DNA of 62,475 bases, counting the filler, from Choristocarpus tenellus KU-1152 (lineage: Eukaryota > Protista > Phaeophyceae): the NCBI GenBank assembly GCA_964200185.2. It is 13 parts of 13 records of this genome, joined end to end, with 100 filler letters (N's around TTAATTAATTAA, not from the genome) between each part and the next. Parts side by side here need not be neighbours in the genome. Positions count along the whole stretch, not along the records: positions 41,962 to 51,795 come from CAXNAD020003347.1; positions 51,896 to 55,742 come from CAXNAD020017595.1; positions 55,843 to 59,514 come from CAXNAD020018595.1; positions 59,615 to 62,475 come from CAXNAD020024141.1; 9 more parts are not named here. One strand, written 5' to 3'. The notes beneath the pieces are model-generated. The model made no database searches and had not been told where the DNA came from. It saw only the letters and a list, made by a program, of their open reading frames with translations. Within the stretch, counting starts at the first letter, position 1. Every line of letters starts with the position of its first letter. Positions 48,689-60,412 of the stretch are shown piece after piece. The position numbers were made by a program, and so were the translations under genes.

Positions 48689-51608
48689 CTACTGCGTGCC
48701 AAGAGCATGACTCTGCCGTTCGTTCTTGACAGATATGTTACGAAATGCATCCTATGCCAGATTCACCTAGATCTGGTAGCCGAAGTCTGTCGCCACCGTC
48801 TTCGCAATGAAAACGGTTGCCTCATCGCGTTCCATTGCCTTTCCGTGAGGATTGACAGGCTCAGCAAAACATTGCTGCGTCTAAATTGGGACGAGGGTCT
48901 GCCCCAAGGCTTCCGGCAGGCAGGAAGGGCCTATCACGGGTTCTTGAACGAGAGACGTGGATACCTGCAACATCATCGGCGTACATGTGACAGCCCAACT
49001 ATGTGGCATTCAAGTGTTTGCCATGCGATAAGGTTACATCACGTACCTAGGGGTTATTCCGGCGCTGGTTCAATATCTTGGGGTGTACCACAGCACGTTT
49101 GGTTTTTCGTGTGGGAAGGAAGACATCACGACATACAGACACTCACACACAAAGTCGTGGGGTCTCGCGATTTCCGTTTGTGGTGTGGGTCACCGTGTGC
49201 ACCGTGTTAGCAACGTGTAAACATGGACAAGAAAACATCACTACCACAACCACACGCCCGACACCTATCCATAGCGAACGAAGACAGATAATAAGTTGGA
49301 AAGAAATGGAAAAAACCCAGCACACCCTTATTACCTTCCACTTGCCGTCTTTGTAGGCTCGACCGAAAGAGGTCTCCATCTTCTCTTTCACATCGTCATT
49401 TGACGCCGTGTTGGACACGAACACCTCCACCCTCCTGCTCCGTTCAAGGGCCGCCTCCGTCACGTTGTGCCTCTCTGCGCTGAAGGAGACGACGGTGTCC
49501 CCAGGATTCGTGTACCTATCATAGGAGGGTGAGTAGAAAATTATCCCGAGGAGTACATTGTATTACGCACGGATTCATCATATGGCAATGTACGAGTAGC
49601 GTACTGATTCAGGGCAACACACTCATGGTGCGGTTTGACGCGTAACGTACTGATTCAGGGAAACACACTCATGGTACGGTTTGATGCCCCTGAACCGTCA
49701 CCCAGCTTGTTGCATTACTGTTTAACGGTGATCTACACCTATACAAAAAAAGGTTGTTGCTCCCGTGAAGGGCGTGTGTGACGTAATTAACGAACCTGTT
49801 AACGAGGAAGTGGAGGCCCCTCATGGGGATGTCCGTCGCAGCACCTTGGTACTCGACGTCACACATGGTTTGGAGCACCGGAGGAGATGGATCACTCTCG
49901 TGGTCAAAGATGTCGTCGACAGTGACTCGCTTGTTGCACGTGAACTCTGTCCTATTGTTGTGTGCGAGAAGAATCATGTCCTGGGGGCATCTGAAATGGT
50001 TCTCAGTGCCAGCGAGAGGGCGCCCCCCCCCCCTCGTCTTGTACATTATAAGCAGGGGATGATCTTCCACAGCCAAGCCCACGTTCGACATCATAAGGGC
50101 CCCTGAATGAAGAGAAGGCGGGAGTGAGCGCGTGGGTCTGGTATGCGTCAAACTTGACAGTGACAGCACACAAGTACGGTATCGTTGAGCTCTATGAAAT
50201 CGCATACCACACACATAATAATAGTACAACGAGGGTGGAACGCAAGCCAAATAACAAATGAAAAAATGCAAACAATAGGAAATTCTGAATTAGAAGGAAA
50301 GACGGCAAAAAAAAAGTAATGAAGACAAGAAACACCAGCATGCGATTCGCGGGCAATCAAACAAAGAACTACGAAGGACACGGGGGGGAAGAACAAAAGA
50401 CACAAAAGGAAATACAAGGTATGAAGAAGATGAAACAACATGGGGAAAGCGAAAAAAAAAGACACGAAAGAATCCGCATCTCTTGAACGGCCGCCACCGT
50501 TTCCGATCGGGACACGGGTGGATTGATAACGGCCATGGCGGATTGCAATAGTCTCCCACAATACACCCCGTATTTCAGCACTGGCGAACTCTGCAACTCA
50601 CTGTGTAGGCGATGTGATTGCACGGCCCACGGGTGGGGCACAAATTGTGCGATGGTGCCCTGAGGATGTATCTTCACCTGCAAGTTCCTCATCACCTGGC
50701 GCAAGTGGGTGTTGGTCGCCTCTTCGTCGTTGAGGAGTCTTGACTCGGCGATGATGGACACTATGGTGAGCTTTGGCGCGTTGCAGAAGGCGAAGTCTTT
50801 TAGGTCGTCTAAGGGTAGCGTCGGGTTGAGAGGGCGAAGGTCGTGTAGTGCAGTGTTCTCAGCCCTGGTTGGATATCATGACATATGACACAGTACACAG
50901 ACAGCACGACGAAAAGGACAGCATCGTAAACAACGGTGCAGGCAATTATATCAATAAGTGAGGACCTGATAATATTTTCCCGGCATCCCCAAAATGTTAA
51001 GCCATACGCTCCACAATGCCAAACCCAACAGATACATCTCGTGGAAGGAGGGGAGACGTCAAACAGGTAAGTTCCATGGCCCATGGAAACCTCCAAAAAA
51101 ACGCCATACCAAACACACAAAGGACGAGCAATCCACATGATGTACAACCAGCCGAGACCCACGTGCAAATCAACCCGAAACTGAACACGCAGAGAAGATT
51201 TGTATATCCGTATAATGTGCAACCACGCTGAGACCCACATGCACTTCTCCATGTCCGCTGTTTTACCGCGTGAGGGGGGATGTAAAACGCTTTGCCTGCT
51301 GGGTGACCCGCCCGCGCTCCTTGCGTTACATTTACCCTTACCCTTGCCCCTGCCCTGACCCGCCGCTGCGTTCCCCCTCGGTCCAGTCCCTTCACTGCCC
51401 TCCTGTGCCACGGGGCAATTGATACACAATCGATCCTTGTGTCTCTTGTCGCCCACAATCTCCGCGTTGGCACATTCGCCCATGTGCGTGATGGAGCACC
51501 TTGGGCAGGAATACCTGCGCGTGGCATCGAACGAGAGCATCAAACAGACAGAACAGCATTTCTCCACATCATTAATTGGACGCAACAACGCAACGCGGGG
51601 ATCCACGG
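48689..51608 (-). pseudogene. PHD finger + beta-class N6A/N4C DNA methyltransferase-like protein; 5'-incomplete, one frameshift (pseudogene or assembly error)
   Basis: Exons 51608-51245, 50864-50602, 50102-49651, 49515-49335, 48964-(48881 or 48689), all with AG/GT sites; phases match once a 1-bp frameshift near 49687-49690 is allowed; C4HC3 finger; MTase-like motifs in beta order ending KPYHECVSLNQYTNPGDTVVSFSAERHNVTEAALERSRRVEVF. Confidence 0.65.
49600..49684. repeat. 46-bp-period tandem duplication covering an exon end and splice donor
   Basis: CGTACTGATTCAGGG(C/A)AACACACTCATGGT(G/A)CGGTTTGA at 49600 and 49646. Confidence 0.9.
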
Positions 51609-51899
51609 CTACCAAGGACCACGAAATTGGTGGCACAAAATATTACGAAGTACAGGTGAGATACAACAGTCGGTTGCCACATGAACTAATACACTCAGGC
51701 TGTGGCAAACAAAGAGACCTGGGGGTTGTTAAGAATATGCTTTTTATTCAAGTGCAAAAGAAGATTCTGTAGAAGAAACAATTTAAGAATGAAGANNNNN
51801 NNNNNNNNNNNNNNNNNNNNNNNNNNNNNNNNNNNNNNNTTAATTAATTAANNNNNNNNNNNNNNNNNNNNNNNNNNNNNNNNNNNNNNNNNNNNTGTT

Positions 51900-54300
51900 C
51901 AAGTACAGTAGAATCTGAGGACTGATGTTGACCCAGACGAGGTACCAGTGAGCTTATAGCCTTCCTCTCACCCTTGCCCCCCCTCTGAATTAGAGTTGGA
52001 GAGGACCTCAGCAAGCGTTGGGGGGGGGAAGGATCTCTTCGATTTGCTTTTGGGCTTGGACTCAAGGGCGCACTCAATATTTTTCCCGGCAATCCTCGAA
52101 CATCACCTCCATCTTCAACAGCAACATACTGCACCCTTGAAGCAATAAAAGAATCATTCACAGGTTGCCTCGAAGGCTGACATGAGGAAATGGGGTCAAG
52201 GTATCAAACAAAGAGCAGTCAGCGAAACTAGGAGGGGATAGAGGGTCTGAAAGCATTCACCCTTACAAGGCAAGAGTATTTGCAGTACCTCCTCATCCTT
52301 TGCTTTGTAAATATCACCAAACACTAGCTTCTTCAGGTCTCCCATAGAAGGTTAAAATATCACAAACACAAGGGGGGGAGGGGAGAACAAAAGTGCAAGG
52401 AACTGGCAGTAAACCTAATCTCACCTCAAACAAGACAATCCCATCCTCTCCTCCAACAGTTTTGGTCTCCACAGCAAAATTCCCCCCTCTCCCCCTTTCT
52501 TGACAACGCAACTTATCATCCGTGAGCTTCAAGCTGTAAGCCAGCTCTTCATCACACATTGCCACTCCATTCACCCGATCCCCACAGCTCACATCACCCA
52601 GCTCAACACTGTTTGTTGTGAGCTTCTGCGACTCCAGCCTAGAGGAAAAGGGTTATAATTAGTTCCTAAGGAGTAAATCTCAAAAGCAGTATATAGATAA
52701 GGCAACAAATCATATTAAGGTCAGCATCTTCTCTGTTGTTCTACACATTTAATGGTAGCACCTTGTTCACTACCCTGTATCAACAAATTCTCTGGCTTCA
52801 AAACTCGTGGAAGATAATCATATCTTTCTACTTTAGGGTAAAGTAGCAAGAATCATTCCTAGAAGATTTTCCCTGTTTTGTGTATAGTTCTTGTTGATAA
52901 GGACAATGAGCATGTACAAAAAATGTGATAGATGTGGTCAACAGCACAAAGTACTTACTACTGACGGACTCTAGACAAGCTCAACTCCAGGCCGATGTAC
53001 CTCATTACCATTTTAATCTACAGCCATACGACAGTAGGGAACTGATAATATCACTACCTCTTACTTCCACAAAACAAATCCAGGAAAAACAAGTTGGGTT
53101 GAAGCGATGGGGTACCTGCCTCACTACGAGGGGGGTACTTCCTTGCTCGACCTGAAAGATAAACAGGCACTTCCACTATTGCCTTACCATTGTTACAACG
53201 TCATGGAAAGTGAGGATCTTTGTTCTCCTGCACCCAGAGCTGTTAACTCTTGTTTTTGCCGAGGAAATGAAACGGTTCTGGGGGGTAAGGGTACCCCAAA
53301 CCGACCATGCCACACTTTTATTTCCACTAGTAAAACCATTGCCTGTACGAACGACCGCAGTACCTACCTGCGGAAGGTAGGTGGTCGATGGAAAGCTTCC
53401 ATAGCGAGCTCTTGCATTTCCACTGGTCGCATTGGGCGACGGATTGCACTCTCAGCAAAAAGGACCCCAAAATCGGCCGCCAGGCTCTGCGAACGCCAGT
53501 GCTTTTCAGTTCGGGAAATCTGGTAGGAAGCAAAATGCGCAGTACTGCGGCGGCTAGAAGGGTTGCCGCTTTGAGCCACCAGATAAGAGAACAAATAAGG
53601 AGGGCAACAGGTTGATGTGAGATTGTGAAAAGGGTTGCGTGTGTCTTAGCCAGATAAAAAGATGTCCGCCCTTGGTCGACGTAAGATTTAAAAAATATGA
53701 ACCTTTGACCTTCGTCTACCCTCAAAAGAGAATAACATCCAAGAAATAAGAAGGGTCTCTTGGGGAACGGGGCTGATGCCCCCCTCCCTGCCAAAGTCAG
53801 AAAGGGTACCAACCCTAAATTCCCTGCCCGCCTTGGCTCCATGAATGAGACTGGAAATGGTTAGCGCAGCTGATGCACCTGGAGAAACTGTGGTTACCAC
53901 CAAATTTCACCACTCTCATACCCTTTTCTGGTCATCATACCTGAATCACCCCAAGGTCGGGACCAATAACCGTCTTAAGGAAACCTCGGGAAATCAAACT
54001 CGATAAGTAAACTCATGCTACCGTCGAAAGTGTCTTACCCCGATGCATTCCATAACTGATTATGAACCCCAACAATAATGGGCCCACTTGGGTCACTCTG
54101 TGATCGACGGTGTCCCCTATCGTCTGGTTTCCTCATCGATTCCCCCATCATTCCCCCAGACAAAGGTGTGGCGGAAGAAGCAGTTCACATAGAACTCCTC
54201 AGTGGCATTTCTTCGGTGTTGCTAGGAATGATGGACAATGGGTCTGATTTCATCTCCTCCGTTCTCCCGTCCGAGTCTGGACGGGTTGCCTGAACGGAAA
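51900..54300 (-). mobile_element. Heavily decayed coding-like sequence, possibly Ty3/Gypsy gag-protease
   Basis: Broken frames with protein-like fragments (IVLFEVRLGLLP..DILTFYGRP); no decisive motif. Confidence 0.25.
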
Positions 54301-55723
54301 TCCGATGCCCAAGACTCGATCAACCTGTATACCTCTCTTATCTCTTTTCCAACACAAGGTCCCTACCCCCTACACAAAAAATGTCTCAAATTTGACATTT
54401 TGACTCTGTGATCCTAAATATATACAAAATAAAAACAAAAAAGTAGTAAGAGGATGAAACAACGTTGACTGGTTGGTTGGTGTTGTATTGTTATTATTCT
54501 GTCATCTTTAGTATGGAAACTTCTCCTGTACTTTCTTCACCCTACCAATCCCTTTTTCCCATTCTTTTATGGTAGTGTAAATTGTACTATTATTATGTCA
54601 AGTACAAACTAACAACTCTTGTTGCACACTTGATTTTGTACTACTATAGTACTACTAGTATTATAGATCATATCTCACATTTTTTCAGTTTGATCACGGG
54701 ATTTAGTAATATTAGGAAGGGTTTGTCACACCCAACTTCCATTGAACTCCAAACATCACATACAACATATAACCCTCTTACATCATACAACGAAATATAA
54801 TGAAAGTCAAGAACTCTCAAGTTCAACATTCTCCTATACCAATCCCTATACAATCCTTAAGATGAAGATATGAATAGTCATTAGGTAAAGCGATTGGATC
54901 ACCTTTCGTCTCACTGGTCATTCCTTGCGATGCCAGACCACAACCCCATTCTGTTGACTAATCATACACACCATTAATACATACTTCATATTACTGTGTT
55001 CAAACGCCTAGATATTCTTCAACACAACGAATCAAGAGTCACCCATATTTGTATTATTTATTTATTATCCTCACATTTATTTAATACATTGTGGAACGAT
55101 GGTCAAAGAGGTATAGAGTACCAGTACAATTTTAAGGCATGATTGTACCAACCAAAGTAAGAATACATATCTTCCTTTCTGACACCTCTTGTTGGGAGAA
55201 GACCACGTTAAGGCATAGTTCCCATTTTCAGGACCTACATGCCTTAAAGTGGGCTTTTAAATGCTTGTATGGAGGAAAGAAAGGTAGTTGTGAAGTGTAG
55301 TCCACATTATGTTCCTTGAAGTATGACATTGTTTCCCTACCATGTTATGTGTACTAAAAAAATTGTTGATTCAGAAAGCAGGAACAAGTTACTGCACAAC
55401 ACCTATCAAAAACTGTCCGATTTCTGTCTGCTTCACACAAATCTCGAAACCACTCAAGAACTCTATTTTCGCCTTGTAGAGGAAGGTGGAGGGCTAGTGG
55501 AACCACCTTGCCTGTCTAGCATTTGCCTCCAAATCAAAGAAAATGTGGAAACACTCCAACTAGGGAGACGAATGAAGGCTCCCGCCTCCACCACTGTGAT
55601 CACCACCAATCTTTGTTTCGGTCTGGTACTCTGATTCACCCCCTTTCTCATCAGCCTTACTAACAGCGCTTATAGAACAGGCTACATCCAGTACCTCATC
55701 CCTTCCATCCTGCTCTTCTAGGT

Positions 55724-55742
55724 TGGTCAAAGTATCTGGGGG
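55724..55742 (+). mobile_element. MITE TIR at contig end
   Basis: GGTCAAAGTATCTGGGGG. Confidence 0.7.
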
Positions 55743-56371
55743 NNNNNNNNNNNNNNNNNNNNNNNNNNNNNNNNNNNNNNNNNNNNTTAATTAATTAANN
55801 NNNNNNNNNNNNNNNNNNNNNNNNNNNNNNNNNNNNNNNNNNTATATACGTATTGATTGATTGCAGCACCACATGCAGTTTTTTTTTTTTTTTTTAACCA
55901 AAAAAATAAAAAAATAAAAAAAAAGTTTGTAACTGAAAAACGAGGCCTGTCAATGACCGCCGCATCGAACAAGTTCTGTTGTGTGTTGGTGGAAAAACCC
56001 AACAGAATCAGGGGGATCTATTGGCAGTGCCAAATATTGCCCCCCTGCAAACGACCCCCCAACAGTGCCCCTCATCTTTCATATTCTACCACACCACCAA
56101 ACAAAAACCAGACGGCCTGAAAGGGATTCAAGGGACAAAAACGTGCTATCAGTACCACCATCACCAGAGCATTACACAGCTTGCTTCCAAATCATACATG
56201 CAACACTATAGGCTGAAAAACGAAAACAAAAACAGAGTACGAGCTGTTCAATTTCAACAGCTCCTGTCGATTATAAATCTCTGTGCATCAAAGAGAAGGT
56301 AGTAATGGTTTCAGAACATATAATCTCATACAATATCATCTCATCTCTTATCCTCATCTCTTATCACTCAC

Positions 56372-56693
56372 GTTCTGACTCAGGCATGCCTTCTATGCTC
56401 AGGACCGGGGCCTCAGGAATGTCCTGGATGGCATTGCTGTACCTGTCCACCGGCAGTACGCCAAGCAAGACCTGCCATACACACACACACACACACAACA
56501 AACAAAGAAAAAAACGCGATGCAGCAGTCAATGAATCTTTGATTCAAAAGTGGAGACATGACTCTGGCAGCTACATGGATTGTTTTCATATATTGGTTAT
56601 TATCTATCCGTTGCAAGCACTAGCTATGCCTATTCCCAAGGGGCACACACACAAGGACATTGACTGTCTCATGCAACCTCCACTTCAAGAAAC

Positions 56694-56734
<41 letters not shown>

Positions 56735-59186
56735 CACAGTGGTGTGGGCATACCCCACAGATGCACCAAACCCACACATCCCAAAACAACCTACTCAGGA
56801 CTCGAACAGTCAGCTATAGGTAGTCATGGCCAAGATTTTAGATACACCACGTTTTCAGAGGGTTAGGGGAAGTTCAGGGTTGGAGGTTGGGCATGACAAC
56901 GCCTTCCAAACTACGAGCTGTGGTTTTGTATGTGGGTGCAAGGCATTACAGGTAGCGTGTACGTTTCTACCAGAAACAGCCCACTGTCACTCTCAATCCC
57001 ATTACTCGGCGAAAGCCCACTTCTCAACTTTTAAGAAAACTTTGGCTATGTATCACTAACTTACGCCCTTCAAAAGAGGCTTCTCAACTATTAAGAAAGC
57101 TTCGGCTATGTATCACTAACTTACACACTTCAAAAGAGGGAAGCGCAAGCGTAAATGTTGAAGCAACGGCCCCGCTGTCCTCACCTAGGCATGTGGAAGC
57201 AAAATCAAAGGTAGAGCATTCCATTCGATAAAAGATAAAATAAAAAAATAAAAAGCACATGTGCTGGTTGGTCTTCGCTGGAAGAGATAGCTTTTCCATC
57301 GATGCAAGAACGGTATTTTAACCCTAATCCTAACCCTAACCCTACCAATCCGAAACACCTTGACCACTCTCTGAAAAGAAATAAAATGATCTAACCCTAA
57401 CCCTAACCCTAAGCCACAGTATGCATCTCTCACCTAAGGGACCAGGGAGTCTTCCACCTACATCTAAATGTCTAACCCTAACCCTTCAAACAACTCCAGT
57501 CTTCACGTCAGAATCATAGGTGGAGGAGCAAGAGGTTGGAAGGAGGAAAACACGCAAATTCTTTTTCCCCCCCCCCCCTCCCCCTCCCCCTCCCCAACAA
57601 CGGCAACTATACAAACCAATCAATTCCCGGCGAAAAAGAACATATCAACCCCTAAGCTGTTCAATACCCAACTCAACGCTACCCCTTCTCATCCAGCCAT
57701 GGCACGAACAACAGTATAGATAAACCCTAACCCTAACCCTAACCCTAACCCTAATGACATGTGACAAAACCTCAGAGAGTGCTGGCAGGCAGAGTTGCCC
57801 CTTCCCTTCTTCAGCTTCCACCACAATGGGAGACTCCAACGCATCCATTCGGTGTCCTGACACCTTGCTCGAGACAAGCACCCATTTCTCCAACAGCCCT
57901 GATCGATTCGGGAGATGGGGGACGGGTGGGCGTGGCCGAGGGCATTGCCAAAATGTCCCAACATTTCCCGATGTTCAACTACCCCTACGGCTGAGGTAGG
58001 GGAAAAACGCCTCCTCAATGGTGTCCAAACGGAATCAAATTATATCGCAACAGCCTTGTAATGGGGGCACTTCCAGATACAGCTTGATTGGGGCTGGGGT
58101 TAACCTTATAATACTCTACCAAAACAACCCAACATCACAGTAGTAGTGTGAAAACTTGGGGAAATATCTGTATGCCTACCTGGGGGTTGGTAAGGCCATT
58201 GGTTGCATCTACACACGTTATGACTTCTCCCTCCCTCCCTCCCTCCTGCCCCCCCCTCCAAAAAAAATAAAATAATTAGGAGTGTGAGCTACAAATGCGA
58301 ACATTGCATGTCCTATAATAGAGGCAGACTATATACTATATGTTTTAAAGTACGACTCTCGGGGGATGTGTCACTCCAGCACAAAAACATTAATACTGTA
58401 AATAATAATAATAATAATAATAATATATGCAAGCAATAACAACACTGTAATAGTGATAGTACAACACACTCTATCACCCCCCTCCCCCTCCCCCTCCCCC
58501 CACACATTATTGGCCGGGGTTGTTGGACCCTGATGGCAACCGGTGGTGGTGTTCACAAACCGGACTGTCAATGCTCACCTGGGATGACTGTCACCCTCGC
58601 CTCTGCCTGCAGCAACGGGCCCCTACCCTTTGCATCGACAGTTACACGCAGGTGAAACACACCTCCTTCCAAATCAGACAGGCGTTGGGGCACCTTTAAT
58701 GACAGAAATAGGAGTGAGAGCCGGAGGGGGGGGGGGGGAAGGGGGAACTATGGGACTATGCAATCTGGAGTATTTTGAGAGGTATTTGAGGCGGATATTT
58801 GGATCATGAGGATGGAAGCATGGGAAGTCATGACCAAAGACACCTAAAAGGGCTCTTCCACTTCAATGTGGGCCTACGCGAACGGCTAAGGGTTAGGGTT
58901 AGGGAGGTCTCGCAAGACTCGTGACTCAACGGCGGGGTAAAACACATTTATCCCTAACCCTCACCTTCAAGTCTGGCAATCGATCTAGGCCATCTGGAGG
59001 ACTGCCGTGAGAAACATCCACATCACTGTGAGCAGTGCCGTTGCTATCCACATCACCACCATCAAACCCAACAGAGGAGTCTCTTGACCTCCCTCCAGAT
59101 GACATTCGCTTCTTCTTCCAATTGTCTCCCCCCCGCCCTGGCCACTTCCACCCAGAGTCCCAGCTGCACAGCACGCTGTTGCCATC
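56372..59186 (-). CDS. Internal exons of a large unknown protein with Ig-like beta-rich segments
   Basis: Exons 59186-58965, 58693-58579, 57898-57771, 56471-56372, phases 0, 1, 0 match; GVFHLRVTVDAKG..AEARVTVIPG..KWVL and VLPVDRYSNAI. Confidence 0.75.
57021..57140. repeat. 60-bp tandem duplication (intronic)
   Basis: TTCTCAACT(T/A)TTAAGAAA...TATCACTAACTTAC...CTTCAAAAGAGG twice. Confidence 0.9.
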
Positions 59187-59250
59187 CTGTTGACAGGGTT
59201 AGGGTTAGGGTTAGGGTACCCGTAAAATATTCACTGGGGTTAGGGTTAGG
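57320..59250. repeat. Short interstitial telomere-like (CCCTAA/TTAGGG)n arrays in introns
   Basis: Arrays at about 57320, 57392, 57474, 57725-57754, 58888, 58952, 59195-59216, 59237; others at 31301, 34451, 60966, 61897. Confidence 0.9.
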
Positions 59251-59913
59251 AGATGACTAACACAATTACATTTTCTTTATTTCCTCTGTTCAGAAAATAT
59301 CAGAGGATAAAAAAATAAAATAAAATACCAGGAAGGCGTTTCTTGTGGATTTTTGCAGAGGGCGGTGTAGAATTCAGATCTCAGAATATAATAATATAAT
59401 ATAATATTTTAGACCTAAACCTCAGAATTTGATTTTTTTTTTCCATGTTTCTTAACCTACAACCCCCTCACCCCCCCCCAACCCCACACAACACCAAACA
59501 ACAACAAAAAAACANNNNNNNNNNNNNNNNNNNNNNNNNNNNNNNNNNNNNNNNNNNNTTAATTAATTAANNNNNNNNNNNNNNNNNNNNNNNNNNNNNN
59601 NNNNNNNNNNNNNNGTTTTTGCGGGGTATGGGGTAGCGCCGCGGGTTTTTCCCCCCCCCCCCCCCCCCCCCCCCTTGCCTTCAAACTACAACCCTTCCAT
59701 GTGTTTTTTTCACAATACAATATATATATATATATATATATATATTCAGTTACGGAGACATTCAGCTCGCATCACACCAGTAATGAGGGTAGAGATTTTT
59801 TTGTATGTGATTTTATTCTACCTTTGTGTGTGTGGGTCAACTCCGACCCTCGCTGACCGTCTTAGCCTCTCCCTTTTTTTTTGTTTTTTTGTTTTTTTGT
59901 TTTTTTTGTCCAG

Positions 59914-60381
59914 GGTGTATTTGATGGACAAGTACAGGCTGCAACCGGATCCGTGGGATAACCGCATCATTGTGAGTCGATTAGAGGATACACAATACCT
60001 ATTTCTTACATTTTCAAAAAGAAATCTTGTGCATGTTATTATTATTATTATTATTTTTTTTATTTTTTATTTTTTGAGATGGAAATGGATACTGATCGAT
60101 TGATTGCATCGCAGGTTTCGTCCTTGTGTTGCACTGTCTCTATTGGTTTTGGGGTTGATAAGAGAGGGGAGCGAGAGAATAAAAAAGAAAAAATAATTTG
60201 ACTTTAGGAGTGTCTCTCTTGTGTTCCTCTTTTTGTTATTTTTTTTGTTGTGGTATCTTTTTGTTTTTTGTTTTTTGAAGTGTTGCAAAAAGACAAGAGA
60301 ATAAAAAATAGAAAGCGTACAATTTCTGGTAGAAAGCATACCTGGTAGAAAATAAAAATTAGATGAATAACTTCGATATTC

Positions 60382-60412
<31 letters not shown>

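Noticed and set aside
48683-49210. 175-aa plus-strand ORF and similar ORFs at 49765 and 51419
   Set aside because: Antisense shadows of the minus-strand PHD-MTase-like exons
55131-55248. 11-bp inverted repeat TTTAAGGCATG...CATGCCTTAAA
   Set aside because: Single short instance, no TSD or second copy
57725-57754. True telomere
   Set aside because: Only five units, intronic and internal to a contig
3200-59614. Recurring palindrome TTAATTAATTAA within N runs
   Set aside because: Artificial six-frame-stop linker, not biological; it also voids any gene-cluster argument across contigs
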